Positions 35,309 to 43,171 of a stretch of DNA of 64,000 bases are shown here, one piece after another; position 1 is the stretch's first letter, and every line of letters starts with the position of its first letter. The stretch comes from a virus (Duplodnaviria; Heunggongvirae; Uroviricota; Caudoviricetes): positions 12,132 to 76,131 of the IMG/VR virus record IMGVR_UViG_2778261223_000007; one strand, 5' to 3'. Made by a program: the position numbers and the translations under genes. The notes under the pieces were generated by a model. It worked only from the letters and a program-made list of their open reading frames with translations, was not told the origin of the DNA and did not search any database.

Positions 35309-35395
35309 CACAACAGGTAAGGGTATTTTGCGACGTCGGAGATCGCCGAGCTTGGCAGAGGGTTCGAATCCCTACGAAGTACCCTTACCGTTGTG
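35309..35395 (+). ncRNA. tRNA-like element lacking an anticodon arm, closed by a 16-bp bulged stem (hairpin B)
   Basis: CACAAC-A-GGTAAGGGTA pairs with TACCCTTACC-GTTGTG. Interior has a D-arm-like GCGA-CGTCGGAGA-TCGC and a T-arm AGGG-TTCGAAT-CCCT. No CCA. Confidence 0.45.
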
Positions 35396-35535
35396 ATGAA
35401 GTGCAGCTCTTTGAAGCAACCAGAAGATAAGCATCTGGCTTCACAACATAAACCGCAGGAACGACCAATAAACGGTAGTCCGTACGGAGAACACCCCGTT
35501 GAGGAAGAGGCCTGGCCGGAACCGTAACCGGCACT

Positions 35536-35627
35536 ACAACGTTGAGAACACTGGCGTAACGGGGTCATATCCCAATCTACGAATAAATGTTGCGTTGCAG
35601 CGTGACAACCAGTGTTCTCAACGTTGT
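35536..35627 (+). other. 19-bp perfect hairpin D (ACAACGTTGAGAACACTGG / CCAGTGTTCTCAACGTTGT)
   Basis: Perfect inverted repeat 35536-54 / 35609-27 with a 54-nt loop. Confidence 0.7.
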
Positions 35628-35772
35628 GGTGGATTCGCAGGCTGATGCGATAGCTTTCTTGGATGTTAGGGAAATGCGGCCGCAAATCTTCCCTTTCGCG
35701 AGCGGTGATCGTCCGTAGTCCTAATTGGCTGCACCGTATGCCGGAGATTCAGTACCGGCCACCACAACGGCC

Positions 35773-35859
35773 GGAGAGTAGGGCGCATGGTGCTCAAGCG
35801 GTCTTGAAAACCGTCCCATTGCGCAAGCGATGATGGTTCGATTCCATTACTCTCCGCCA
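35773..35859 (+). tRNA. class II tRNA-Ser (UGA), slightly non-canonical
   Basis: Acceptor GGAGAGT/ACTCTCC, anticodon stem GCGGT/ACCGT with loop CTTGAAA, variable arm ATTGC-GCAA-GCGAT, T loop TTCGATT, encoded CCA. Position 8 is A rather than U. Confidence 0.7.
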
Positions 35860-36126
35860 GCGCAACGTTAAGAGTATTTGGCTAATTAAGCGAATGCCGG
35901 AAGCAGAACCGGATCACCAAATGCGTACAGGCGTCATCGCCGCCCAGCCAGCCAAGTGCTCTTACCATTGCGGTGAATGCGGCTAAGCGCACGCGGAACA
36001 GTTAAAACAATCCTCCTTAGTGGTTAAGTCAAAAATCCCGGCGTTAATTGTTAACTGGTTAACGTCACCTGGAGGCACCAGGCACCGCAACCTAATAAAT
36101 ACGTCATGTTTATTGAGGGATAACCA

Positions 36127-36561
36127 ATGTTCGGTAAATTTTTCGGTAAGAAAGTCGCTTCAGCAAAAGTAGAGCTGAAAAGGGTTGAGAATCGCGATCT
36201 GATGGAGGCCATTATCGGTGGCTGTTTGTTGGTGTCTGCCGCAGATGGTGAAATCGAAAAGGAAGAAACAGCGAAACTTGATCAGCTTGTCCGCTCTAAT
36301 CCTCGCTTAAGTCATTTTGGCAACGAAATTACCGCAACAATCACCCGTTTTACTGAGCAACTGGAAGCTGGTTTCCGTGTTGGTCGCATGAATATCCTTC
36401 GCGAAATTGAAGATATCAAAAATGATCCAAAAGAAGCGGAAGAAGTATTCGTTAACATGCTGACGATTGCAGAAGCGGACGGTGAAATCGAGCCAGCAGA
36501 ACACAAAGTACTGGAAGAAGTAGGCCGTCGTTTGGGCCTTCGTGTGGAAGATTATCTGTAA
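36127..36561 (+). CDS. tciA: TerB-domain protein TciA
   Basis: 144 aa with two SAADGEIEKEE / AEADGEIEPAE TerB-type repeats; embedded in the tRNA cluster as in P1. Confidence 0.75.
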   Translation: MFGKFFGKKVASAKVELKRVENRDLMEAIIGGCLLVSAADGEIEKEETAKLDQLVRSNPRLSHFGNEITATITRFTEQLEAGFRVGRMNILREIEDIKNDPKEAEEVFVNMLTIAEADGEIEPAEHKVLEEVGRRLGLRVEDYL

Positions 36562-36725
36562 TGATTGGCAAGGCGCGTATTGCGTGCGCCATTGGTTTTC
36601 TCGTTTTGTCCGTGCTGGTGGATTTCACCAGCAAAGTGATGTCGGTGTTGGCTGATGGGGCACTGGTTTCAGTAGCTGTGGTATTGCTATTGCCGATTAT
36701 TAAAGCTGCGTTCAGGAACTCATGA
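36561..36725 (+). CDS. tciB: small membrane protein (TciB position)
   Basis: 54-aa ORF below the ORF-track cutoff. ATG overlaps the tciA stop (TAATG). Two hydrophobic helices. Confidence 0.5.
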   Translation: MIGKARIACAIGFLVLSVLVDFTSKVMSVLADGALVSVAVVLLLPIIKAAFRNS

Positions 36726-36835
36726 TGGATTTTTGGACGTATATTGATAAGAACCCTGGATGGTCTTTGCTATTTCTGCTTGTGATCGTATACGGAGTAG
36801 AACAAGTAGCGAAGAATCTCAGGCGTCGAAAATAA
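36722..36835 (+). CDS. tciC: small membrane protein (TciC position)
   Basis: 37-aa ORF MMDFWTYIDKNPGWSLLFLLVIVYGV..; overlaps the tciB stop. Confidence 0.45.
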   Translation: MMDFWTYIDKNPGWSLLFLLVIVYGVEQVAKNLRRRK

Positions 36836-36844
36836 AAACTAATT

Positions 36845-36920
36845 GGCCCCTTAGCTCAGTGGTTAGAGCTGGCGACTCATAATCGCACGGTCACCGGTTC
36901 AAGTCCGGTAGGGGCCACCA
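36845..36920 (+). tRNA. tRNA-Ile2 (CAU, lysidine type)
   Basis: GGCCCCTTAGCTCAGTGGTTAGAGC..CTCATAA.. is nearly identical in its 5' half to E. coli ileX as I remember it. Encoded CCA. Confidence 0.85.
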
Positions 36921-37104
36921 TATTTGGTTGTAACACGGCGTCTGGCACATGCGTCGTTAGCGGTCTGGTGACGTTAAAGGGGTTACCTTTTCCCCTAGCT
37001 CAGGCAACAAACCAGGTAGCCGGAATGTGCAAGCCCCGTTCATATCGTCGGACCGAGGATTCACCATCCTGGCGATTCGGTGTGACAGCCGGAAGAGCAC
37101 GGCG

Positions 37105-37152
37105 CACAACAGGAAAAGGCGTTTAATTAGCGTGAGCGCCGTTTCCGTTGTG
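37105..37152 (+). other. hairpin C of the CACAACAGG family
   Basis: CACAAC-A-GGAAAAGGCG pairs with CGCCGTTTCC-GTTGTG; same bulged A as hairpin B. Confidence 0.55.
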
Positions 37153-37374
37153 GTAATTGCGGCTATGCGCTCGTGACGAAGCCATTTTCATTCACTACGT
37201 TCTGATAAGTGACGTCGCCAGGAGTGGCTAACCTGGCAGGTGGAGGCACCACCGCCACAACTCCTTTCAATTCATCATATAGCCGCTCAGGCTGTACCCC
37301 TTAATTAATACGAAGTTACGACATCACTACCGGCACTTCCGGGGGATAGTCGCGCGTGTAAAAAAGGAGACGTT

Positions 37375-37950
37375 ATGTTAATGGCGAACGATAACGCATA
37401 TGCAGAAGAAGATCTCATTTTGAGTGACTTCATAGGGAAGCGTGAACGCTGGACCCAAAAGCGAGAGGAACTTTACGCCTCATTAGTTCGCAAAGGCGTC
37501 AATATCGAAACCGCACAGAGCGGCGATATGACAGTGGTAAGCGTTGGATTGCACGGTGTAAGCGTGTCAGCAATCAATCATGAGCCATACGTTGCGTTAT
37601 CCGAGTCAATGGTAAGGTTAGTTAAGTTCCTGAAGTACACAGAAGCGAATAATGTAATCATTGGCAAAAAGAATATCCCTTTTTCCTCGGCTTTTTACTG
37701 GATGATGAAAGGGCTTGATGCCCGGCGGACATCATGGCCTAAAGGGAGCTATATATCGATGTTCCGTGGCAGCATTGGCAGCAAAGAAAAGCTCTTCGAA
37801 TTCTTGCCGGAAGAGGCATTCGATATTGTGGAAGGGTGCGATGTGATGGTGATGCCTCGCCTGGTAATGATGAATGGTGATTTACAGGCGCAGACAGACT
37901 GGTTTGCAACTGGTGTGGATATTATCGCGACTGACTGGGAGGCTTTCTGA
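37375..37950 (+). CDS. protein with a C-terminal DUF2829-like domain
   Basis: 191 aa. FSSAFYWMMKGLDARRTSWPKG...DIIATDWEAF. Confidence 0.55.
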   Translation: MLMANDNAYAEEDLILSDFIGKRERWTQKREELYASLVRKGVNIETAQSGDMTVVSVGLHGVSVSAINHEPYVALSESMVRLVKFLKYTEANNVIIGKKNIPFSSAFYWMMKGLDARRTSWPKGSYISMFRGSIGSKEKLFEFLPEEAFDIVEGCDVMVMPRLVMMNGDLQAQTDWFATGVDIIATDWEAF

Positions 37951-38342
37951 TGTACGGGACTACCAAATTAAGCACTCAACAGGCCACCAATATTGAGTGG
38001 TCTATCGCTAACTGTAAGATCGTGTCATGCAATGCCACGCGTACTGATGTGGGCCATAAAAGCACTATAACAGGCTATCTAGTAATGACCACCAGGGGGA
38101 TGAGGGTTAGATTTCGTTGGAAAGCAGAGCAAGTAACGCCATTCAGAGAGCCATCAATGCCGCTGCAGGTTGAGCAGGATTATCTATGTTTACCAGAAAT
38201 AGATGGCGGAATGCTGGTGGAGTCTGATGGTAGTAAGGCTGATTTTGAAGCCAATTTGAAGCTGGCACAGGCCGTAATCAATAGTTATCGCGGACAGTGG
38301 ATCGCAAAAGTGAAACATGTTGTTCGTTTGTCTCGCTGGTAG
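37950..38342 (+). CDS. hypothetical protein
   Basis: 130 aa; ATGA overlap with the upstream gene. Confidence 0.45.
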   Translation: MYGTTKLSTQQATNIEWSIANCKIVSCNATRTDVGHKSTITGYLVMTTRGMRVRFRWKAEQVTPFREPSMPLQVEQDYLCLPEIDGGMLVESDGSKADFEANLKLAQAVINSYRGQWIAKVKHVVRLSRW

Positions 38343-38374
38343 TATTAGATATTTGGTATTAATTTTCTAATACA
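38342..38374. promoter_or_regulatory. bipartite inverted operator-like pair, TCTAATA variant (GTATTAGATA..TTTCTAATAC)
   Basis: Two half sites in inverted orientation, 77 nt upstream of the lpa-like start. P1 lpa is also C1-controlled. Confidence 0.45.
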
Positions 38375-38450
38375 ATCATCTTTTTGCCAGTCTATACAGT
38401 TTTAACATTCTCATTATCATCCCCTCGGTCATTTCCTGCCCGGGGGATTA

Positions 38451-38843
38451 ATGGAACAAATCAGCAGCGCAGAAATTGCGGATATCATGATCAGGGCTGA
38501 CTGCTATCTGACAGTCACTGAAATTACCACTCTCGCCAAAGAAAAATACCCTCATCTCCATGTTTCACGAGTAAGTGTAACTAACATCATTCGTCATTTT
38601 GTTCGTTCAAGCAGGGCAATCTGTGAGCTTGATGATCGTGTGTATCCACGAAAATACTGGTTGCATGGCCTGAACGGATATCAGTTCAAGGTGCGTGGGC
38701 GAACCCCGGAATACGGCAGTTTACTGGTTAAAAACTGTAGCAGGAAATCAGTCGAACAGGCGCGAAAAGAGCAACGAGAGCTGGTGGACATGGCGAATAA
38801 GCTGTGGAATGCCGCCGTTAAAAAGCGTGGTGTTGCTTTATGA
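38451..38843 (+). CDS. lpa: late promoter activator Lpa-like
   Basis: 130 aa immediately upstream of and overlapping pacA, preceded by the operator pair. Positional call. Confidence 0.5.
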   Translation: MEQISSAEIADIMIRADCYLTVTEITTLAKEKYPHLHVSRVSVTNIIRHFVRSSRAICELDDRVYPRKYWLHGLNGYQFKVRGRTPEYGSLLVKNCSRKSVEQARKEQRELVDMANKLWNAAVKKRGVAL

Positions 38844-40204
38844 GTCTGGTTAATTGGGAGGAGCACCGCGCCCGCTTTATGGCGTTGCGTGAAGAAAAAG
38901 GGATCACTGTAAAGGAATACTGTGAGGAGCATGGCCTTAGCTTCAATACAGCCAGAAAGCATCTCAATATGAAAAAAAATGAGGTGCGGTCGCAGGTAAA
39001 GACAACAAAAAAAAGCACCAAATCACCTGAAAAAAAACGGGCGGGAAGAGCAACAAAAAAGCTGGAAGAGGGTGCAGAAAAAACAAAATTTACAGAAATT
39101 GACAATTCGCAGGGCGCAGGTTCTTTCCGAAGTATGCCGAGAAAGAAAACTTCGGATCATGAAAATAATTCAAATAATAACAATGAGATAAAAGAATCCG
39201 TCAGGAGATCATTGCGCGAAAAAATGGCGAAAATGATCCCCGAAGAAGATAAAAGCGCCCCAAAAATTGAGGGATCTTCTGCAATGATCCCTGACGGTGC
39301 TGTGCAGCGTGCCACATTGCCAACTACGAATGTGGCTCGCGATATGATGAAGAACGGCGCAGAAGAACACCTGCGGTTAGCAATTCAAATGGCGCAAGAG
39401 CGCGCACTTCAGTATCAAAGCATTGTTGATCAGGAGGCCGAACGTCTACAGGCGGAAATAGACGCCTTGGGCGATAAAGAGCCAGAAGGAATGCACCCTG
39501 GGCAGCGCCTTCTCGGTCTAATCAGTGACGCGGCCTACTACATGAATGATTTTATCAGTAGGTTGGCAGCTATATATCAGTCCGAACAAAAGCTGCGACA
39601 GGGGGATGAAAAGCTTCGTCAGAGCGCTCGCCAGCAAGCATTCAAAGAGGCTGAGGCCAGAGAAAAACTCGAATTAGCACGCCTACAGGCCGAACAGCGT
39701 GGCAAAGAGATTGAATATCGCATTGGCGCTGACGCACGCGCAGCCAGAGTTATCGCCGCCGCTATACGTATGCGTGAGCGCGAGGAACTGGATGATATCG
39801 GTGTTGCTGAATACATCGAGCGCCAGGGTGTCAGCGTCCCGGCTATCCTCGCGGCGCGCGCGGCGAAAGCTATCACTCTTCTCGAACCACCTGTTTCTGA
39901 CGTCAATGATGTTGATGATGAACAGCTGGACAAAGAGGCAAGGGAGTTTGCAACGCTTCAGGCTAACCATCCGCAATGGCTGGCAGAGCGCCGGGCGGAT
40001 GTGGCAACCATTGTTGAAGAATTGGGGTGCGGAGATTACGACCGCAATGGCGAGCGTAAAGCAGGAGAATTCGAGGCCAACGACGAAGAGCTGGATATTG
40101 ACCCTTCGGCAACGGCTGAAATTTACGGTGATTATGATGCATCTGATGCAGGGTATGACGCCGGAGATGATGATATCGCGATAGAACCGCCGGAGGATGA
40201 TTAA
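38840..40204 (+). CDS. pacA: terminase small / pac-recognition subunit PacA
   Basis: 454 aa. N-terminal HTH (ITVKEYCEEHGLSFNTARKHL), acidic C-terminus; contains a GATC cluster; overlaps pacB. Confidence 0.75.
   Translation: MSLVNWEEHRARFMALREEKGITVKEYCEEHGLSFNTARKHLNMKKNEVRSQVKTTKKSTKSPEKKRAGRATKKLEEGAEKTKFTEIDNSQGAGSFRSMPRKKTSDHENNSNNNNEIKESVRRSLREKMAKMIPEEDKSAPKIEGSSAMIPDGAVQRATLPTTNVARDMMKNGAEEHLRLAIQMAQERALQYQSIVDQEAERLQAEIDALGDKEPEGMHPGQRLLGLISDAAYYMNDFISRLAAIYQSEQKLRQGDEKLRQSARQQAFKEAEAREKLELARLQAEQRGKEIEYRIGADARAARVIAAAIRMREREELDDIGVAEYIERQGVSVPAILAARAAKAITLLEPPVSDVNDVDDEQLDKEAREFATLQANHPQWLAERRADVATIVEELGCGDYDRNGERKAGEFEANDEELDIDPSATAEIYGDYDASDAGYDAGDDDIAIEPPEDD
39155..39289. other. 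candidate pac packaging site (cluster of 5 GATC)
   Basis: GATC at 39155, 39207, 39235, 39273 and 39286, two as GATCA and two as TGATCC. P1 pac is a Dam-methylated hexamer cluster inside pacA. Confidence 0.45.
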
Positions 40205-41712
40205 TGGCTGGAGGGCGCAAGATTAAATGCGTCACCAGCGATCCACGCTGGCGCGATATGGTAATCAAATACCGCTACAACTTTACCCAAGCTGTTGTCG
40301 ATATTTTTGGGATGTTCCCCTCCCACCAGCAGCAGCAGATCATTCAGTCCGTGCAGGAAACGGGGAGTAGGACGACCGTCACGTCCGGACACGGAACGGG
40401 GAAGTCGTCCCTTACCGCGATGTTGCTGTTGATTTTCATGATCCTGTTCCCCGATGCCCGTGTCATCATTGTTGCTAACAAGATAGGCCAGGTAAAAACA
40501 GGCGTATTCAAATACGTTAAACAGTATTGGGCGAATGCAGTTAAGCGTCATGGGTGGTTGCAGACCTATTTTGTCCTCTCTGACACCATGTTTTATGAGC
40601 GCTCCCGTAAGGGGATTTGGGAAGTTCTCTGCAAAGGTTATCGACTCGGCAACGAAGAAGCGCTGGCGGGGGAACACGCGGCACATTTGCTTCTAATTCT
40701 GGATGAAGCATCTGGTATATCTGATAAGGCGATCGGCGTAATGACCGGTGCTCTTACTGAAGAAGATAACCGGATGTTGATGCTATCCCAGCCAACAAGG
40801 CCAAGTGGTTATTTCTACGATTCGCACCATTCTCAAGCAAAAACCCCAGACAACCCGAAAGGGATCTGGACAGCAATTGTTCTTAACTCGGAAGAATCAC
40901 CGTTCGTCACACCACAATTCATCAAGCAGAAGCTTCTGGAATATGGCGGGCGCGATTCTATTGAGTACATGGTCAAGGTGCTTGGTCAGTTCCCACGAGA
41001 AATTAACGGCTATTTGCTTGGTCGTGATGAATGCGATCGCGCTGCTCGCCGCAAGGTGTTGTTGGAGAAAAACTGGGGATGGGTGGCAACGGCTGACGTT
41101 GGTAATGGGCGAGATAAGTCGGTCCTCAACATCTGCAAGGTATCAGGTCACAGGGATAAGCGGCGCGTTGTTAACTTTAAGGTAATGGAGATGCCTGGCA
41201 CTATGGACCCATTGGCCTTTGCTGACTTCATATATAACGAATGTACGCCGGAAAAATACCCGAATATAACAATCGCGGTTGATGCTGATGGTTTTGGTTC
41301 TGATACGTGTGCGCAGTTGGTGCGTCGTGGTGCGAACCCGGTACGTATTCGGTGGGGAAAACCCATGTTTGCGAACAAAGACAGGGAGCGATTTGTTAAT
41401 CAGCGTGCCTACGCAAATATTATGGCGCGTGATGCCATAAAGTCAGGGCGTATGCGGATAGACAGTGACCCTAAAACGGCAGAGCAAGCGTCAAAAATCC
41501 CCTTTTTACTGAATGAAGAAGGGAAAATGGCGATGATGCGCAAAGAGCACATGCGGCAAAAGCTAAACATCAAATCGCCTGACCGATGGGATACCTACTG
41601 CTTCACTATGCTGGTGGACTATGTGCCTGCTAATGAAGATATTGGTGCCGAAATGGCAACTTTCCGAGATCAGGTTCTGGCGGATATCGAAATGCCGGAT
41701 CTGGATATATAA
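40204..41712 (+). CDS. pacB: terminase large subunit PacB
   Basis: 502 aa with Walker A TSGHGTGKSS and Walker B LLILDEA. Confidence 0.8.
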   Translation: MAGGRKIKCVTSDPRWRDMVIKYRYNFTQAVVDIFGMFPSHQQQQIIQSVQETGSRTTVTSGHGTGKSSLTAMLLLIFMILFPDARVIIVANKIGQVKTGVFKYVKQYWANAVKRHGWLQTYFVLSDTMFYERSRKGIWEVLCKGYRLGNEEALAGEHAAHLLLILDEASGISDKAIGVMTGALTEEDNRMLMLSQPTRPSGYFYDSHHSQAKTPDNPKGIWTAIVLNSEESPFVTPQFIKQKLLEYGGRDSIEYMVKVLGQFPREINGYLLGRDECDRAARRKVLLEKNWGWVATADVGNGRDKSVLNICKVSGHRDKRRVVNFKVMEMPGTMDPLAFADFIYNECTPEKYPNITIAVDADGFGSDTCAQLVRRGANPVRIRWGKPMFANKDRERFVNQRAYANIMARDAIKSGRMRIDSDPKTAEQASKIPFLLNEEGKMAMMRKEHMRQKLNIKSPDRWDTYCFTMLVDYVPANEDIGAEMATFRDQVLADIEMPDLDI

Positions 41713-41713
41713 A

Positions 41714-41730
41714 GCCCCGCGATGCGGGGC
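41714..41730. terminator. hairpin between convergent pacB and the c1-position gene
   Basis: GCCCCGC-GAT-GCGGGGC; weak T tracts. Confidence 0.5.
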
Positions 41731-41739
41731 CGGTTGTGA

Positions 41740-42777
41740 TTACCAGAGCTTCGCGGCGTACTGCGTTTGGGGGAATGTGTATCCGTAACGTTCTTCGATT
41801 GCTTTGCCGTATTTTTTACGAGCTTCATTCAGTTTAATGCCGGTCAGGTCGTCTCCAGAGGCCATCATTACGTCTAACAATTCCAGATCCATTTTATCCA
41901 GCCTTGCCATTGCTTCACGTGATGTACGTATCTTACGCTCAATGATATGGCGAATAGCCGGATCGGCATCCTCCAGCATCTTAGCGGATTTCTGCTTAAG
42001 GCTTTCATTGCGAATATCGATGTTCCTTAAGATGTACGACTTCGCAACGTAGCTTGGCTGGTGTTTTTCCAGGTCACGAACACGATATAAGTTAAAATCG
42101 CCGAGAAGGCTGCAAGGTACCGATTCGACGCCAGAATAAATTGTAATGCTCCGGCGTTCACCAACATTATTGACAACGGGGATCGTTGTCTTCGGTTGTC
42201 TTGCGAAAACCAATGCGCCATGTGCGCCAACTCTAAAGCGAGAAAGGGCATTGCTGCCTTCGATGTTTGTTGTCAGCACAACATCTGTATATGCCTCTTT
42301 ACGCGCCCGGTAGATCTCGCCTTCAGGCTCAGCTTCAAAGAAGCGCTGTTCTTCTTCAAGAGCACCTACGATTTGAGAAAAAACCCTATTTTTCAGGCTT
42401 TTCTTTATGATTTTGTCGTATTTTTTTAGCAATTGTTCACGTGTAAATGTACGTGTTGTTGTAGCGCTTTGCACAACGACATGCGTGCTTTGATTGGTGT
42501 CCTCAATGATGAATGGGATCGGAGAATATACAGACTCAACAATGTTCGACGCTTTGCCGTCGGCATCGCGGCACATGTCAACGAAGGCTTTCCATTCAGC
42601 AAGACATTTTTCAGCTTCTTCTAATATGTTTTGGTCATGCGTTAATGCAACATGGCGGAATTCCTCGCCAGCATAACTGGTATCATGGAAAACAGAGTTT
42701 GCGACCACCAGCTCTTTCCACCGTTCAGCGGTTTGCAGGAACCGTTTGTACTCTTTCTCGATCGACTTCTTACTCAT
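41740..42777 (-). CDS. c1: protein at the c1 repressor position (putative immunity repressor)
   Basis: 345 aa on the minus strand between pacB and rox-dre, exactly where P1 c1 sits. An operator-like site lies 13 nt upstream of its ATG. No visible similarity to P1 C1 as I recall it. Confidence 0.45.
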   Translation of the reverse strand: MSKKSIEKEYKRFLQTAERWKELVVANSVFHDTSYAGEEFRHVALTHDQNILEEAEKCLAEWKAFVDMCRDADGKASNIVESVYSPIPFIIEDTNQSTHVVVQSATTTRTFTREQLLKKYDKIIKKSLKNRVFSQIVGALEEEQRFFEAEPEGEIYRARKEAYTDVVLTTNIEGSNALSRFRVGAHGALVFARQPKTTIPVVNNVGERRSITIYSGVESVPCSLLGDFNLYRVRDLEKHQPSYVAKSYILRNIDIRNESLKQKSAKMLEDADPAIRHIIERKIRTSREAMARLDKMDLELLDVMMASGDDLTGIKLNEARKKYGKAIEERYGYTFPQTQYAAKLW

Positions 42778-42789
42778 TATTCCTACTCG

Positions 42790-42807
42790 ATTTAGTTTTC
42801 TAACATA
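42790..42807 (+). promoter_or_regulatory. operator-like site ATTTAGTTTTCTAACATA
   Basis: Exact core in the leader of the c1-position gene. A degenerate copy (TTTTAGAAAA) lies at 42878-92. Confidence 0.6.
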
Positions 42808-42987
42808 AAATTACTATGACAAATTTATGTCGAATAACAGAGTGAGTAAAGGATCGAACTGTGATTTTTTGTCATCAATTTTAGAAAACCAACCGTAGAA
42901 ACCACACTTCGCTAATTAAAGACCATGAAGGCAACGTGTTACTGGTCATCATCAATCTATGATGGATTAAAAAAAATCGGCATTTTA

Positions 42988-43019
42988 TAACTTTAAATAA
43001 TTGGCATTATTTAAAGTTA
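42988..43019. other. rox recombination site TAACTTTAAATAAT-TGGC-ATTATTTAAAGTTA
   Basis: 14-bp perfect inverted arms with a 4-bp spacer. Reverse complement equals the published D6 rox sequence as I remember it. Confidence 0.9.
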
Positions 43020-43171
43020 GGCTATAATCATGTGTAGATGAACAGTATTGACATCACTGAAAATACGTGCATCCAATCAAAGGCTTGTATTTTGAAAATT
43101 AACTTATAGCTACCCTGTCATTTTTATATTTTTCGCGTAGCTTCATCTGTATATAGAGGTGAAATGGTTTC

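Noticed and set aside
34072-35685. Short ORFs across the RNA locus (34072-34269, 34628-34885, 34743-35045, 34977-35396, 35278-35685)
   Set aside because: They run through tRNA genes, terminators or perfect stems and lack SDs and start context. I could not exclude that 34743-35045 is a remnant of a decayed gene.
34868-37152. Possibility that the repeated hairpins form a CRISPR array
   Set aside because: There is no constant-length direct repeat, no regular spacer periodicity, and no cas genes. The shared sequence is in inverted (stem) form.
30722-38450. A type III restriction-modification cassette (res/mod) expected by analogy with P1
   Set aside because: No ORF in this interval has methyltransferase or helicase-nuclease motifs. 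The region is occupied by small genes and RNA elements instead.
39619-40686. Antisense or off-frame ORFs in pacA/pacB (39619-39933, 39699-40184, 39963-40268, 40201-40686)
   Set aside because: They lie inside the terminase genes, which have clear motifs and coupled starts.
42845-42867. Additional late-promoter-like sites: AAATCACA at 42860-67 (minus strand), 33934-41 and 46604-46611 (minus strand)
   Set aside because: Each has wrong spacing (N9) or no acceptable -10 hexamer. One lies antisense inside a gene. They were kept out of the 8-member set.
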